A stretch of 64,000 bases of DNA from a virus (taxonomy: Duplodnaviria; Caudoviricetes), in IMG/VR virus record IMGVR_UViG_2597489997_000001, positions 192,001-256,000 of that record. One strand, 5' to 3'. The translations under genes and the position numbers were made by a program. Under the pieces are notes generated by a model. It saw nothing but the letters and a program-made list of their open reading frames with translations, had not been told where the DNA came from and did no database searches. This document shows, piece by piece, positions 36,915-45,647 of this stretch. The stretch's first letter is position 1, and each line of letters begins with the position of its first letter.

Positions 36915-37804
36915 ATGCCAACTTTGAAAACTCCTTTTCAGTACCTGCTTGATCTGACCGGTGCGTCTCGCATCAAAGCAGCTAAAGCAACTGGTGATGC
37001 AGCTGCTATCGCCAAAGCTGAACGTTTCTATCTGGGTCTGGATGAATCTGAATGTGAGTTCACTACTCCATGGCAGAATCCACTGGCCGGTAACAAATGG
37101 CAGGTTGATGTCACCGTTCGTACTCGTGGCTTCAAAATCCCTGGCCTGCGTTTCAACACCGGTACCCTGTCTCCAATGATCCGTCCTGGTGCAAACATCA
37201 TGGCTAACAAATCCTCTCTGGATCTGTCTACCGTGACTGGACTGTATCACGTTTATGAAAGTGATGCTGATCACCTGCTGATTCACCCGAACAGCAATAT
37301 CTACGAAGCCCTGAAAATGACCGGCTTTGTATTTGACACTTCTGCCTTTGAAGTGACCTGGTATCCAGAACGTGATAAAGATCAGAAAGCTGATGGCTAC
37401 GTTGATGTTAAACATCCGGTAGTTGCAGGTCGTCTGTTCCTGTCAGTAGTTCAGCGTGAAGTCTCTGGCGCACCTAACGTTCCTCCAGTTCTCCCGACTG
37501 ATGCTAAAAACATCATTGAAGGCAAGTCTGAAGAAACCGAGGTCCAGTTGGTGAAGGCATCCAGCTTCAAACCGTAGTCACTCAGGAAGGTGAAACCCTC
37601 CCTCCAGTCGATGAAAGCGTTGATGCTGAAACAGCTGCTATCCAGGCACTGTTGAATGAAGACAGCAAAAACGAAACCACTAAGCTGGCTGAAGACGCTG
37701 CGGACAAATCTGTAGCTGCTCAAGAAGCTGCTAAAGTTGTTCCTGCTCCTGCTCAGGAAGAAGCTCCGGCTGAAGCTCCTGTACAGCAGAAGAAAAAGAA
37801 ATAA
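36915..37804 (+). CDS. Divergent copy of the shared domain with an acidic Ala/Pro/Glu tail in the -1 frame (frameshift near 37540; frame 0 stops at 37577)
   Basis: Frame 0 gives 220 aa. The -1 frame is open from 37541 to 37804 (GPVGEGIQLQTVVTQEGE...EAPVQQKKKK*), has phage-like codon usage and ends just before a terminator. Confidence 0.7.
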
Positions 37805-37810
37805 TGTAAT

Positions 37811-37839
37811 CCCCTACCCCTCCGTAAGGAAGGGTAGGG
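37811..37839 (+). terminator. Stem-loop, identical to the one at 56445
   Basis: CCCCTACCCCTCCGTAAGGAAGGGTAGGG followed by TTTTATGT. Confidence 0.8.
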
Positions 37840-37861
37840 TTTTATGTACTGTTGTAAAAAA

Positions 37862-37889
37862 TTATAAACAGATATTATTATGGTGTTGT
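37862..37889 (+). promoter_or_regulatory. Phage early promoter motif, copy 6
   Basis: TTATAAACAGATATTATTATGGTGTTGT. Confidence 0.65.
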
Positions 37890-37928
37890 AACAAACATAA
37901 ATTTATTAACCCACAGAAGGAAAAAGTG

Positions 37929-38423
37929 ATGTTTAATCTAATCAATACTGGTTCTTCCAAAGCTGATTACATTAATGCTGTAATTGCCGAAGTAGAGCGC
38001 ATCGCTGCATTGTCAAAAGAAGAAGCTTCCAAGGTAGGTAAGACGGCTACAATCAAACTGGTCCATGAAGTCCAGTTCGTTAAAACGGGTATCCGCTCCA
38101 ATGCACATATCCGCGCTAACACCACTTTCACTCGTGAGAATGGAAAGATTGATTGTCAGTCTGAAACTTTCGATCTGGAAGATGGTATTAATTACTCTCA
38201 TGATGTCTTTAACGAGATCATCGAGGATTGTACAGCTGCTGTTATCAACTGGATTGATATGGCGATAATCTGCGGTAATGACTTATCCCCTGATGACATT
38301 AACCACGAATTCCAGCAACGCCTAATTGTCGGATTACGTAGTGGCGGTGTATTTGAGAAAGTCACCAGCTCTGTAGTAGCATCTCAGGGGGTTATCCAGT
38401 CGGTAACCATTACGGTGGTATAA
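37929..38423 (+). CDS. Hypothetical protein
   Basis: AAGGA RBS before ATG 37929 (MFNLINTG); the track start at 37737 would cross a terminator and a promoter. Confidence 0.7.
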   Translation: MFNLINTGSSKADYINAVIAEVERIAALSKEEASKVGKTATIKLVHEVQFVKTGIRSNAHIRANTTFTRENGKIDCQSETFDLEDGINYSHDVFNEIIEDCTAAVINWIDMAIICGNDLSPDDINHEFQQRLIVGLRSGGVFEKVTSSVVASQGVIQSVTITVV

Positions 38424-38960
38424 ATGGAATACAAACTTAGCCGGTACGGTGCCGTTTCCATGAATGGGGAAAACTTTGATGACCAGTCATTTACTGAGCC
38501 TCATGTCAAGTTGACTGTTCCTGGCGCAATTTCAGCGTGTACTGTAAAACTAGGTCCGTTGTTATATGTGACCACATTTTACCTTCGCGATGGTGAACAG
38601 CATTATGTAACGTTGTTTAAGTATCACGGTAAATGTAAACCACGTTGTGTAGAAATCAGTGAGCTTCTTGATATCCGATGTACCTCGGAAAAGAAACTCA
38701 TGATCTTTATCTTCGGTGTTCTATTAGGATTCGATCACGATCGTTTATCCAACCGGGACCGCAATACTTTACTGGCAGGTATTCGTTATAACCTTCCACC
38801 GGTATTTGTGGGGACAACTTTATTGCACGGTTTTGAACGTGGCTTTTATGTTAACAATGACCAACTGACGATCTTTACAAAAGTCAGTAAAGATGCGGGC
38901 GTTTTAATTCGCACAGGTTATTCTTTATTCTCTCGTAATATCAAGGACTCTTTAAAATGA
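38424..38960 (+). CDS. Hypothetical protein
   Basis: Abuts the upstream stop. Confidence 0.7.
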   Translation: MEYKLSRYGAVSMNGENFDDQSFTEPHVKLTVPGAISACTVKLGPLLYVTTFYLRDGEQHYVTLFKYHGKCKPRCVEISELLDIRCTSEKKLMIFIFGVLLGFDHDRLSNRDRNTLLAGIRYNLPPVFVGTTLLHGFERGFYVNNDQLTIFTKVSKDAGVLIRTGYSLFSRNIKDSLK

Positions 38961-39865
38961 TCGACCAAATTATCTCAGCGCTGAAAATCTCTCTGAATGA
39001 ATGTAAGAAATTCGAGAACCCAGCGGAATACATTTATGAACTGAACATGGTTCTAAGTCGTTACAAAACAAACCTGTTCAACATGCTGGAAGATAAACAC
39101 AAGTATCTTCATGATCCTCGTGAGTTCTTCCAATTCCGCATTTCAACTTCATGGCGCACTAAACCTGGGTTTAGCCGTGTTACTACGTTGAAAGACAATT
39201 CTCCCATTATGCTTCAAGTAAATGGGTTCCAACCATTTGCAGGTGAGCGTAAGAACAAAGAGAAGATCTATAATAAGGCAGTCCGGATTGATGACGTTAT
39301 TGATCTGGAACGTATCATGTCTCTGAAGTCTGACCACTATTATTGCGGTCTGATGCAATCACCTGGATATGTTTCTGAAGAAGATGTGATTCTTACTCAG
39401 CTGGGTGCAGAGAAGTACGCTGAGATGTCAATGTATCTTAATCTGGATAAAACAGTTGATGACGTGATTGTGTTTTCCTTACAGCTGAACTCTGTTGTGC
39501 CTGACAGTGTGATGGCTAAACATAATGAAGCATCGGCAGCTGCAATTGCAGATAACCCAATGACTGCTAAGAAGCTGAGAACTCTTCAGGCATTGGCTAA
39601 GGTACACGAAGGAATGGAAGAACACCGCATTCCTAAAGATGTCAAGATGTATATGGATGGTAAGATTCCTAATCTTGATAGCGATAAGGAAAGTATCCCG
39701 ACCAATGTTGTTGATTCAATTTTTGGTGGTACAAAACAAGAAGCCGGTAGCATCTCTGCATCAGCTGTTAAAAAGACCGCACCCTTTCGGGCTAAAAATC
39801 ATCTTAGGCTGGCCAATTTAAATGGTGGTGTAGGAGCCTCCCGTAAGAAGAATAAATTCTGGTAA
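38957..39865 (+). CDS. Hypothetical protein with a basic C-terminus
   Basis: 302 aa; AAGGA RBS; ATGA overlap. Confidence 0.75.
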   Translation: MIDQIISALKISLNECKKFENPAEYIYELNMVLSRYKTNLFNMLEDKHKYLHDPREFFQFRISTSWRTKPGFSRVTTLKDNSPIMLQVNGFQPFAGERKNKEKIYNKAVRIDDVIDLERIMSLKSDHYYCGLMQSPGYVSEEDVILTQLGAEKYAEMSMYLNLDKTVDDVIVFSLQLNSVVPDSVMAKHNEASAAAIADNPMTAKKLRTLQALAKVHEGMEEHRIPKDVKMYMDGKIPNLDSDKESIPTNVVDSIFGGTKQEAGSISASAVKKTAPFRAKNHLRLANLNGGVGASRKKNKFW

Positions 39866-39902
39866 CATTAACATATATCGAGAATCTCGATAAGGAATAG
39901 AA

Positions 39903-40496
39903 ATGCAAGTTCTCCTCCATCGTTACTTCAATCACCTCAAACCCGATAATGGCTTTTATAACATCGGGGTCCATCCTCAAATGGATAACGTTTTAATCGT
40001 AACGTTAACAGATGAACAAGGCCGTGTTGGCATACCTGCTGACCGTTGGGCAATGGACGTCTATACTGATAAACTATCGGCTATTATTACAAGCGCTGAT
40101 AAATACGGGGTCTACTTCTCTCATTATTCCATCAGACGTATTAATGATGGTGATGAGGATGGTAGTTTCTCTTTATATGCTACATGGGAAGACCTGGGCA
40201 TTCATCCGAGTGCTGTTACAAAAGACATTCTCAATCGTTACCGTTCATACCTTCGTGATTACATCTATACGAAGTTCTTCAGACACATCTTGTCATTGGG
40301 TAGTCGTTCTCGCAGAATCGCACTACACTGGTTACACGACTCAGGGGACGATAATTACAGCACAGTCATGTGGCGTATTGATTCTCGCTATAAACTGATT
40401 CGAGAAGGTAACCTTTATAACGTTTATCTTTGTGACCGTCATCGCATGGTTACTCGGATAGAGGTTGAACGACTCACCGCGAATATGTTCCAATAA
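39903..40496 (+). CDS. Hypothetical protein
   Basis: TAAGGA RBS. Confidence 0.72.
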   Translation: MQVLLHRYFNHLKPDNGFYNIGVHPQMDNVLIVTLTDEQGRVGIPADRWAMDVYTDKLSAIITSADKYGVYFSHYSIRRINDGDEDGSFSLYATWEDLGIHPSAVTKDILNRYRSYLRDYIYTKFFRHILSLGSRSRRIALHWLHDSGDDNYSTVMWRIDSRYKLIREGNLYNVYLCDRHRMVTRIEVERLTANMFQ

Positions 40497-40506
40497 CATA
40501 AAGAAC

Positions 40507-40536
40507 TCCTACTCTACCCAGTTGGGTAGAGTAGGA
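40507..40536. terminator. Bidirectional terminator
   Basis: TCCTACTCTACCCA-GT-TGGGTAGAGTAGGA between convergent genes. Confidence 0.85.
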
Positions 40537-40555
40537 TTATTCTTGATTAAATTTT

Positions 40556-41194
40556 TTATGGGTTCAGTGCTTTCAACTGACCTTCTAACTCAGCGATATA
40601 TGCGTAGAGTTGCTGGTTCTCAACAGTAAGCTTTTCAGCACGTACCAAATCGGAAGGTTCTTCCACAATGGCCGTCTGTCTTGTCTTTTCCCATGCTTCG
40701 GCCTGTTCTTTAGAAACATACCCACGAGTAGGCATTGTTCCAAGAGATACCTTAGGGTTAGCAATCCCCATTGACTTCTTAACGTAGTTAGCGAAATGTT
40801 CAAGAGCTGCGTTAATACGATCACGAGTAGCTGGAGGACAAGCACCTAAGTCGGTGATGATACACATACGTTCATAAATAACACCGTCGACCAATGGGAA
40901 AGATTTAATATACGTGGATAACACATATACTGGTTCTCTCCCACGGCTAGTCAATGAAACGACAACAGCGTCATCACTGATAGCTTTAGCGACCATATCT
41001 TTATAGGTAGTCTCATCAACACCGGCTGGTGCAAAGACAGTTTTGAAAAGATCAACTTTAAGAGCCTGCATCTCCGGAACAGTACGCACAGCTTCGACCG
41101 TATAGAAGATCTTTGGATCGACTACGTTGGTGAATGGAGGTAGTGCTTCGAAACTACCTGCTGCGTACACTGCTGGGATGATGTTAGAACTCAT
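40556..41194 (-). CDS. Probable virion structural protein (phiKZ-like core block)
   Basis: 212 aa, coupled to the upstream gene; C-terminal coiled coil; position next to the RNase H-like gene. Confidence 0.55.
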   Translation of the reverse strand: MSSNIIPAVYAAGSFEALPPFTNVVDPKIFYTVEAVRTVPEMQALKVDLFKTVFAPAGVDETTYKDMVAKAISDDAVVVSLTSRGREPVYVLSTYIKSFPLVDGVIYERMCIITDLGACPPATRDRINAALEHFANYVKKSMGIANPKVSLGTMPTRGYVSKEQAEAWEKTRQTAIVEEPSDLVRAEKLTVENQQLYAYIAELEGQLKALNP

Positions 41195-42522
41195 TCGACG
41201 ATAACTCCATCTTTAACGAACTGATAACGAGTGATCATAGTAATTTTGGATTTACTTGAACGGCGCGTAATATAGAGCTTACCGTCTTTCATCACACGCT
41301 GAATACCTTTAGGTGGCATCCCGTCTGGAGTCACCACTTCACCAGCAGCAAGCATCTCTTCCAAGTCCATAATGAACTTGGCCGTATCTTTGGACATCAT
41401 GCCCGCTTGAGAGTCGGTAGATGGTATTAGCTGATAGTCAGGGTAAATCTGAGATATCTTAGTACGATCCCCGTGGTTCTTAGGTTTACCCACAAAACCC
41501 ATTTTAGCAGACTTGTACAAATGCGGTACAATTTGCAGAGATTCTATGACCGCTGCTTCGCCCCACAGAGCACAATACTTGTTGGGTAATTCATCGCCAT
41601 CTTTAAAAGTAAAGATTGGTGAGTAAGTAGAACCAACCACAGTTTCGTTGATCAGACCCAGTTCATTCCAAAAAGGAACTACTGCGAACTCTAACGGGTT
41701 AAACAGATCAGGTATGATTTCTGCCCATTCGTCTTCGGTGTGTTTAGAGTTATTAAGGATACACTCCTTAATCTTCTCATACGTTTCTTCTTCAGCATCA
41801 GTCGGGTTACCATAATAGATAATGGTCCAGTGACCTTTGTTGAAGTTAGGTGTATTAACCACATCGTAGATATCGAAGGACATGACAATACGAGCAGTGT
41901 AAGGATTGGTATTCTCACCAATCAGTCCCTGTACTCGTGCCTCGATCTTATCCGTTGTTTCCAGAGCCAGACGTTGAGCAACTTGTTTATAGTTGTTGTC
42001 TGCCAGGAAGTCAATATCAGCAATGGCAATCGGATGAATAACATAAATTTCACGGTATGGGAATTCAACAGCGAAATATTCGTTAGCAATCCAAATCTTG
42101 AACTCATGAACCACGCCTGCAACGTCAAGCGTAAAGGAGATACTTGATGGCATCCAGATAGCATTATTGGTCACCATCACGTTGACATCTTTCCACACCC
42201 ATCCAGTTGTGTATGTCGCTTTCAGTAATTGTAAGCAACTCTGAGAGGAGTCGGTTGTTTTATTAGCTATGGCCTGTTGGTATAACCAATCCAACATGGT
42301 CAGAACCTTATCGGCATGAGCCTTAGGAATCTTCTCATACATGGAAGTTGCAGATACACCACGGAACGAGTAAAGATCAGCACCCTTTCCTTCCAGGAAA
42401 TATAAATCAGGTTCTTTAGAATAGGTCTTTGATCTATTCGTCAGTTCACCGATAGGGGAGTTAGAACCATTGATAATTAAATCATGGAACTCGCAAAAGC
42501 AACTGTACAGATTTGTTGACAT
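41191..42522 (-). CDS. Probable virion structural protein (phiKZ gp157-like by synteny)
   Basis: 443 aa; PIGEL..S.TY and W..IIPDLF..EF..VP.W motifs, as recalled from phiKZ-like virion proteins. Confidence 0.55.
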   Translation of the reverse strand: MSTNLYSCFCEFHDLIINGSNSPIGELTNRSKTYSKEPDLYFLEGKGADLYSFRGVSATSMYEKIPKAHADKVLTMLDWLYQQAIANKTTDSSQSCLQLLKATYTTGWVWKDVNVMVTNNAIWMPSSISFTLDVAGVVHEFKIWIANEYFAVEFPYREIYVIHPIAIADIDFLADNNYKQVAQRLALETTDKIEARVQGLIGENTNPYTARIVMSFDIYDVVNTPNFNKGHWTIIYYGNPTDAEEETYEKIKECILNNSKHTEDEWAEIIPDLFNPLEFAVVPFWNELGLINETVVGSTYSPIFTFKDGDELPNKYCALWGEAAVIESLQIVPHLYKSAKMGFVGKPKNHGDRTKISQIYPDYQLIPSTDSQAGMMSKDTAKFIMDLEEMLAAGEVVTPDGMPPKGIQRVMKDGKLYITRRSSKSKITMITRYQFVKDGVIVE

Positions 42523-42574
42523 AGATTAACCTTTTAGATATAATAAGTCATATTCAAAAAGTGGTGGACACAGC

Positions 42575-42982
42575 ATGAACTTCTTTCTCAGGGAACTCAT
42601 CAACAGGGTAATCAGTTACCTGATTCGAGTTTCAAAAGGTGAAACGTACGAAGAGAAGATTGAACAGCTTCTTAAAAAAGCGTTACTGTTTGCAGCAATG
42701 GCTCTCATACTTTCCGCTACCATGACATCTAAATGGCTTGTAGCTGGTTGGTATCTGGATGACTTGGAAAGCTCGTTCGGTAAGATCGATACTTTCATGG
42801 GCACCCAGCAAGAGAACATGAACCAACTGTTCCGTATCAATGGAGACCAATATAACACCATCGTCAAACTCGAAAAAGAGAACAAGTCGATGTTAAGCGA
42901 TATCCGGTTCTTACTTGCCAACCAGAAGCAACTCGAAGAAGAAAACGAGAAGCTGAAGGCGAAGCAAAAGAAAGGAAAGTAA
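42575..42982 (+). CDS. Membrane-anchored coiled-coil protein
   Basis: One TM segment followed by a heptad-rich C-terminus. Confidence 0.65.
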   Translation: MNFFLRELINRVISYLIRVSKGETYEEKIEQLLKKALLFAAMALILSATMTSKWLVAGWYLDDLESSFGKIDTFMGTQQENMNQLFRINGDQYNTIVKLEKENKSMLSDIRFLLANQKQLEEENEKLKAKQKKGK

Positions 42983-43027
42983 AATAAGACAAGGATGTCC
43001 ATCAGTTGTTAAATAACAAAATCAGGT

Positions 43028-44461
43028 ATGAGAAAAATAATGAACATCGTCTATTATATCGTGAGTTCATTCCTCAAGGACAAGAACGTGGGGATTTCCG
43101 GTGGTCATGGATATTCCTACGATCCTGCCAATGAGAGCAAGCGTAAGCTTCAAAAAGATGTACCAACAGTTTACGGTTACTTTGTAAATGGTAACTATCA
43201 AAATATCGCAGTGGATCAGATAGATATCTATAATGGTCGCGTTCTGAAACAACCTAATGAAACAGAAGCATTCCTTTTACACTTAGAAGCAATCATTAAC
43301 GAATGGTTGACTGACAAGAAAGAAGGCAATAAGCTTTTGGTTATCACAAACTGTGTCAAGGGACACAAGATGATAACTAATAACCGTCATCCAGAAGCAG
43401 TTAACGCTGAAGTATTCAAACGCGTTTATGATCTGTATGCTGAGCATAAGAAAGATATTATCATTGATGTCGAGTATCATGCCAAAGGCGGTGAAGGTCC
43501 TAAAGCTGCGACGAAGCAAACTGAGTTAGGTGAAGCACTCTCTAGCCTTCCTTCTGCTGATGAAGTTACACTGGATAAGTTGGACCTTAAGTCTTACAAG
43601 GATCCAGAGATCGATTTCAACAAGTTAGTGACAGCCACCCGTTGGTACTTCAACACCGGTGACAAATCTGACTTTGAAGAAGTTGATGATCGTGGTTACC
43701 GTAAATATACTTTTGGTCGTGTTGACCCGGATAAGCAGTATTACGGGAAAGCTACACCAGACGTTTATTATTCAACACTCTATACCAAGACACCAATTAA
43801 GGTTCTTGATAAGTTGTATAAGTTCTGTCAGAAGAATCGACCGAACCCTTACAACATCATGAGCGCTGGAAACTTGCCACACATCAAGTCTAAAGAGATC
43901 GCTCGTGTTATTGACACCATCCCTGGTACCTTTGGAAAGAAAGAGCTCATCGCTCCTATGACTCTTGGTAACACGGAGAACGCTGCATTAGTAGAGTTCA
44001 TCGACCCACCAGGTTTAAGTTATCGTATTCGTGACTTCCATCAACAACTGGACATGATTTATAAGTTCTTCCGTAAACGCGACGAGAACGGTGTGTACCA
44101 GAAGCACAAGTTTGTGGATATCACTGATTTGTTCTTTGTAACTGATGCTAAGGGTAAGACTAAAATTCACCCTGACTTCACCAACAACACTTTGAAAGTT
44201 CCAGTAGCCGTAGAAGCCCCTGGTTGTGTTAAGCCTGTTGTTATCAACCTCTCTATTAAGTATGACATCCCTGAGCGGAACTCACTCAATAGCCTGATTG
44301 TTAACAAGGTAGAAAACATCAAGGTCTACTTAGCTCTCGACTTTACCAATGATGCTGGTGTAGGATACTGTACTGTAGTTTCAACTCCAGAGTTTGACTA
44401 CATCCACTCCAACAGTATTGCCAACTTACGCGTTTATTCCATGAAGGAATTAGGTAAATAA
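43028..44461 (+). CDS. RNase H-like protein (phiKZ gp155-like), catalytic motifs degenerate
   Basis: N-terminal GISGGHGYSY pattern, ~470-aa length and synteny near UvsX; canonical DGS/TDS/GNExAD motifs not seen. Confidence 0.55.
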   Translation: MRKIMNIVYYIVSSFLKDKNVGISGGHGYSYDPANESKRKLQKDVPTVYGYFVNGNYQNIAVDQIDIYNGRVLKQPNETEAFLLHLEAIINEWLTDKKEGNKLLVITNCVKGHKMITNNRHPEAVNAEVFKRVYDLYAEHKKDIIIDVEYHAKGGEGPKAATKQTELGEALSSLPSADEVTLDKLDLKSYKDPEIDFNKLVTATRWYFNTGDKSDFEEVDDRGYRKYTFGRVDPDKQYYGKATPDVYYSTLYTKTPIKVLDKLYKFCQKNRPNPYNIMSAGNLPHIKSKEIARVIDTIPGTFGKKELIAPMTLGNTENAALVEFIDPPGLSYRIRDFHQQLDMIYKFFRKRDENGVYQKHKFVDITDLFFVTDAKGKTKIHPDFTNNTLKVPVAVEAPGCVKPVVINLSIKYDIPERNSLNSLIVNKVENIKVYLALDFTNDAGVGYCTVVSTPEFDYIHSNSIANLRVYSMKELGK

Positions 44462-44469
44462 TCATAAAT

Positions 44470-44500
44470 CCCCTACCCCTCCTAATGGAGTGGGTAGGGG
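44470..44500. terminator. Bidirectional terminator
   Basis: CCCCTACCCCTCC-TAAT-GGAGTGGGTAGGGG flanked by CATAA and TTATG. Confidence 0.8.
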
Positions 44501-44518
44501 TTATGTTTGTCTTTATTT

Positions 44519-45607
44519 TTATCTTCCGTGAAGACTAATACGAGTCAGTTCTTCCAGTGCCGGAGTAATGCTACCACTGATTGTAGCTTTAGCGCGCTTA
44601 AAGATAGCCGCAGTGACTTCATCGATTGCATTGGTCTCAGTCTTACGCCATGCGGTATCGAGGTTAAGAACACCGTTACAGGCAGCCTCTACAGCTTTGA
44701 TCAATTCCTGAGTAACAGACACAGCACGATTGAGATCGCGATCACCTTCGTCGGTATTAGCAGCCATCTTATCTAAGTTGACTGTCGCTTTATCTTTACA
44801 CTCGGAAAGTGAAACACGGGCATTGATAAGGAAGCGGATGTTCTTCATCAAATCCTGATTACCAGCCAAGGTTTCTTCCATCGTGGATTTAACGATGTCG
44901 ATAGCAAACCCTAAACGATTACGTGTCTCTTCAGTTGGATCGATACGCTCGATCTCTTTCAGATGAGTCATAATCTGACCAGCAGCACGATCGACCACAC
45001 CTTTAACACGTGCTTCGATATTGGTAGATACCATTACCAATTTATCTTTAACATCGGCGTTGTTATCAATTTCATCGGCTGCTTCTTTTACCGCTGTTTT
45101 CTCTTCAGGAGCAAGACGACGTACTTGGTTACGAAGCTCATCAGTCTTCTTCTTGCGGAAAGCATTGTAATCAGAGAGCGCTGAAATGTTACCAGGTCCT
45201 TTAGGTGACTCATCAGTACCCTTAATGGCCTGATCTTGACCAGCCTTTAGAATGGACTCAGGGGTAGGTTTGTCACGCAGTTGCTTGAACATATTTTCGA
45301 CGGCTTTGACATCAGCTTCTTTTGGCTTGAACCAAGAACGAATGTAAGCGATCAACTGCTTAATGAACTCTTTGATCTTCACACCAGCTTTCTTCACACC
45401 GTCCATGAATCCTTCCTGGCCTGCCATTGCTTCCAAATCCAAATCGTTCAGCTTGAGTACAGTAGTGGTGTATTCAAGATCATCACCCAGAGGTCCATCA
45501 AAGTTGATGTCTTCGTGAAGTGTTTCAAAACCAGAAGTGAGTCTCACGACATGATCGAAATCACTCATAAGAGATTCAAAGCCAGCAGTGTCAAATGTAA
45601 TTTCCAT
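44519..45607 (-). CDS. Probable internal head protein with an acidic propeptide
   Basis: Acidic N-terminus with AGFE, SGFE and AGQE (S/A/G-x-E protease-type sites), followed by a helical body. Confidence 0.65.
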   Translation of the reverse strand: MEITFDTAGFESLMSDFDHVVRLTSGFETLHEDINFDGPLGDDLEYTTTVLKLNDLDLEAMAGQEGFMDGVKKAGVKIKEFIKQLIAYIRSWFKPKEADVKAVENMFKQLRDKPTPESILKAGQDQAIKGTDESPKGPGNISALSDYNAFRKKKTDELRNQVRRLAPEEKTAVKEAADEIDNNADVKDKLVMVSTNIEARVKGVVDRAAGQIMTHLKEIERIDPTEETRNRLGFAIDIVKSTMEETLAGNQDLMKNIRFLINARVSLSECKDKATVNLDKMAANTDEGDRDLNRAVSVTQELIKAVEAACNGVLNLDTAWRKTETNAIDEVTAAIFKRAKATISGSITPALEELTRISLHGR

Positions 45608-45647
45608 GTGAGTACCTTAAAGAGGTGGGAGTTACCCCACCTGTTAA

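Noticed and set aside
37737-37928. N-terminal extension of ORF 37737..38423
   Set aside because: It crosses the -1-frame tail, a terminator and a promoter motif; the RBS supports ATG 37929.
42575-42982. Spanin or holin call for the TM plus coiled-coil protein
   Set aside because: No embedded lipoprotein partner or adjacent endolysin seen.
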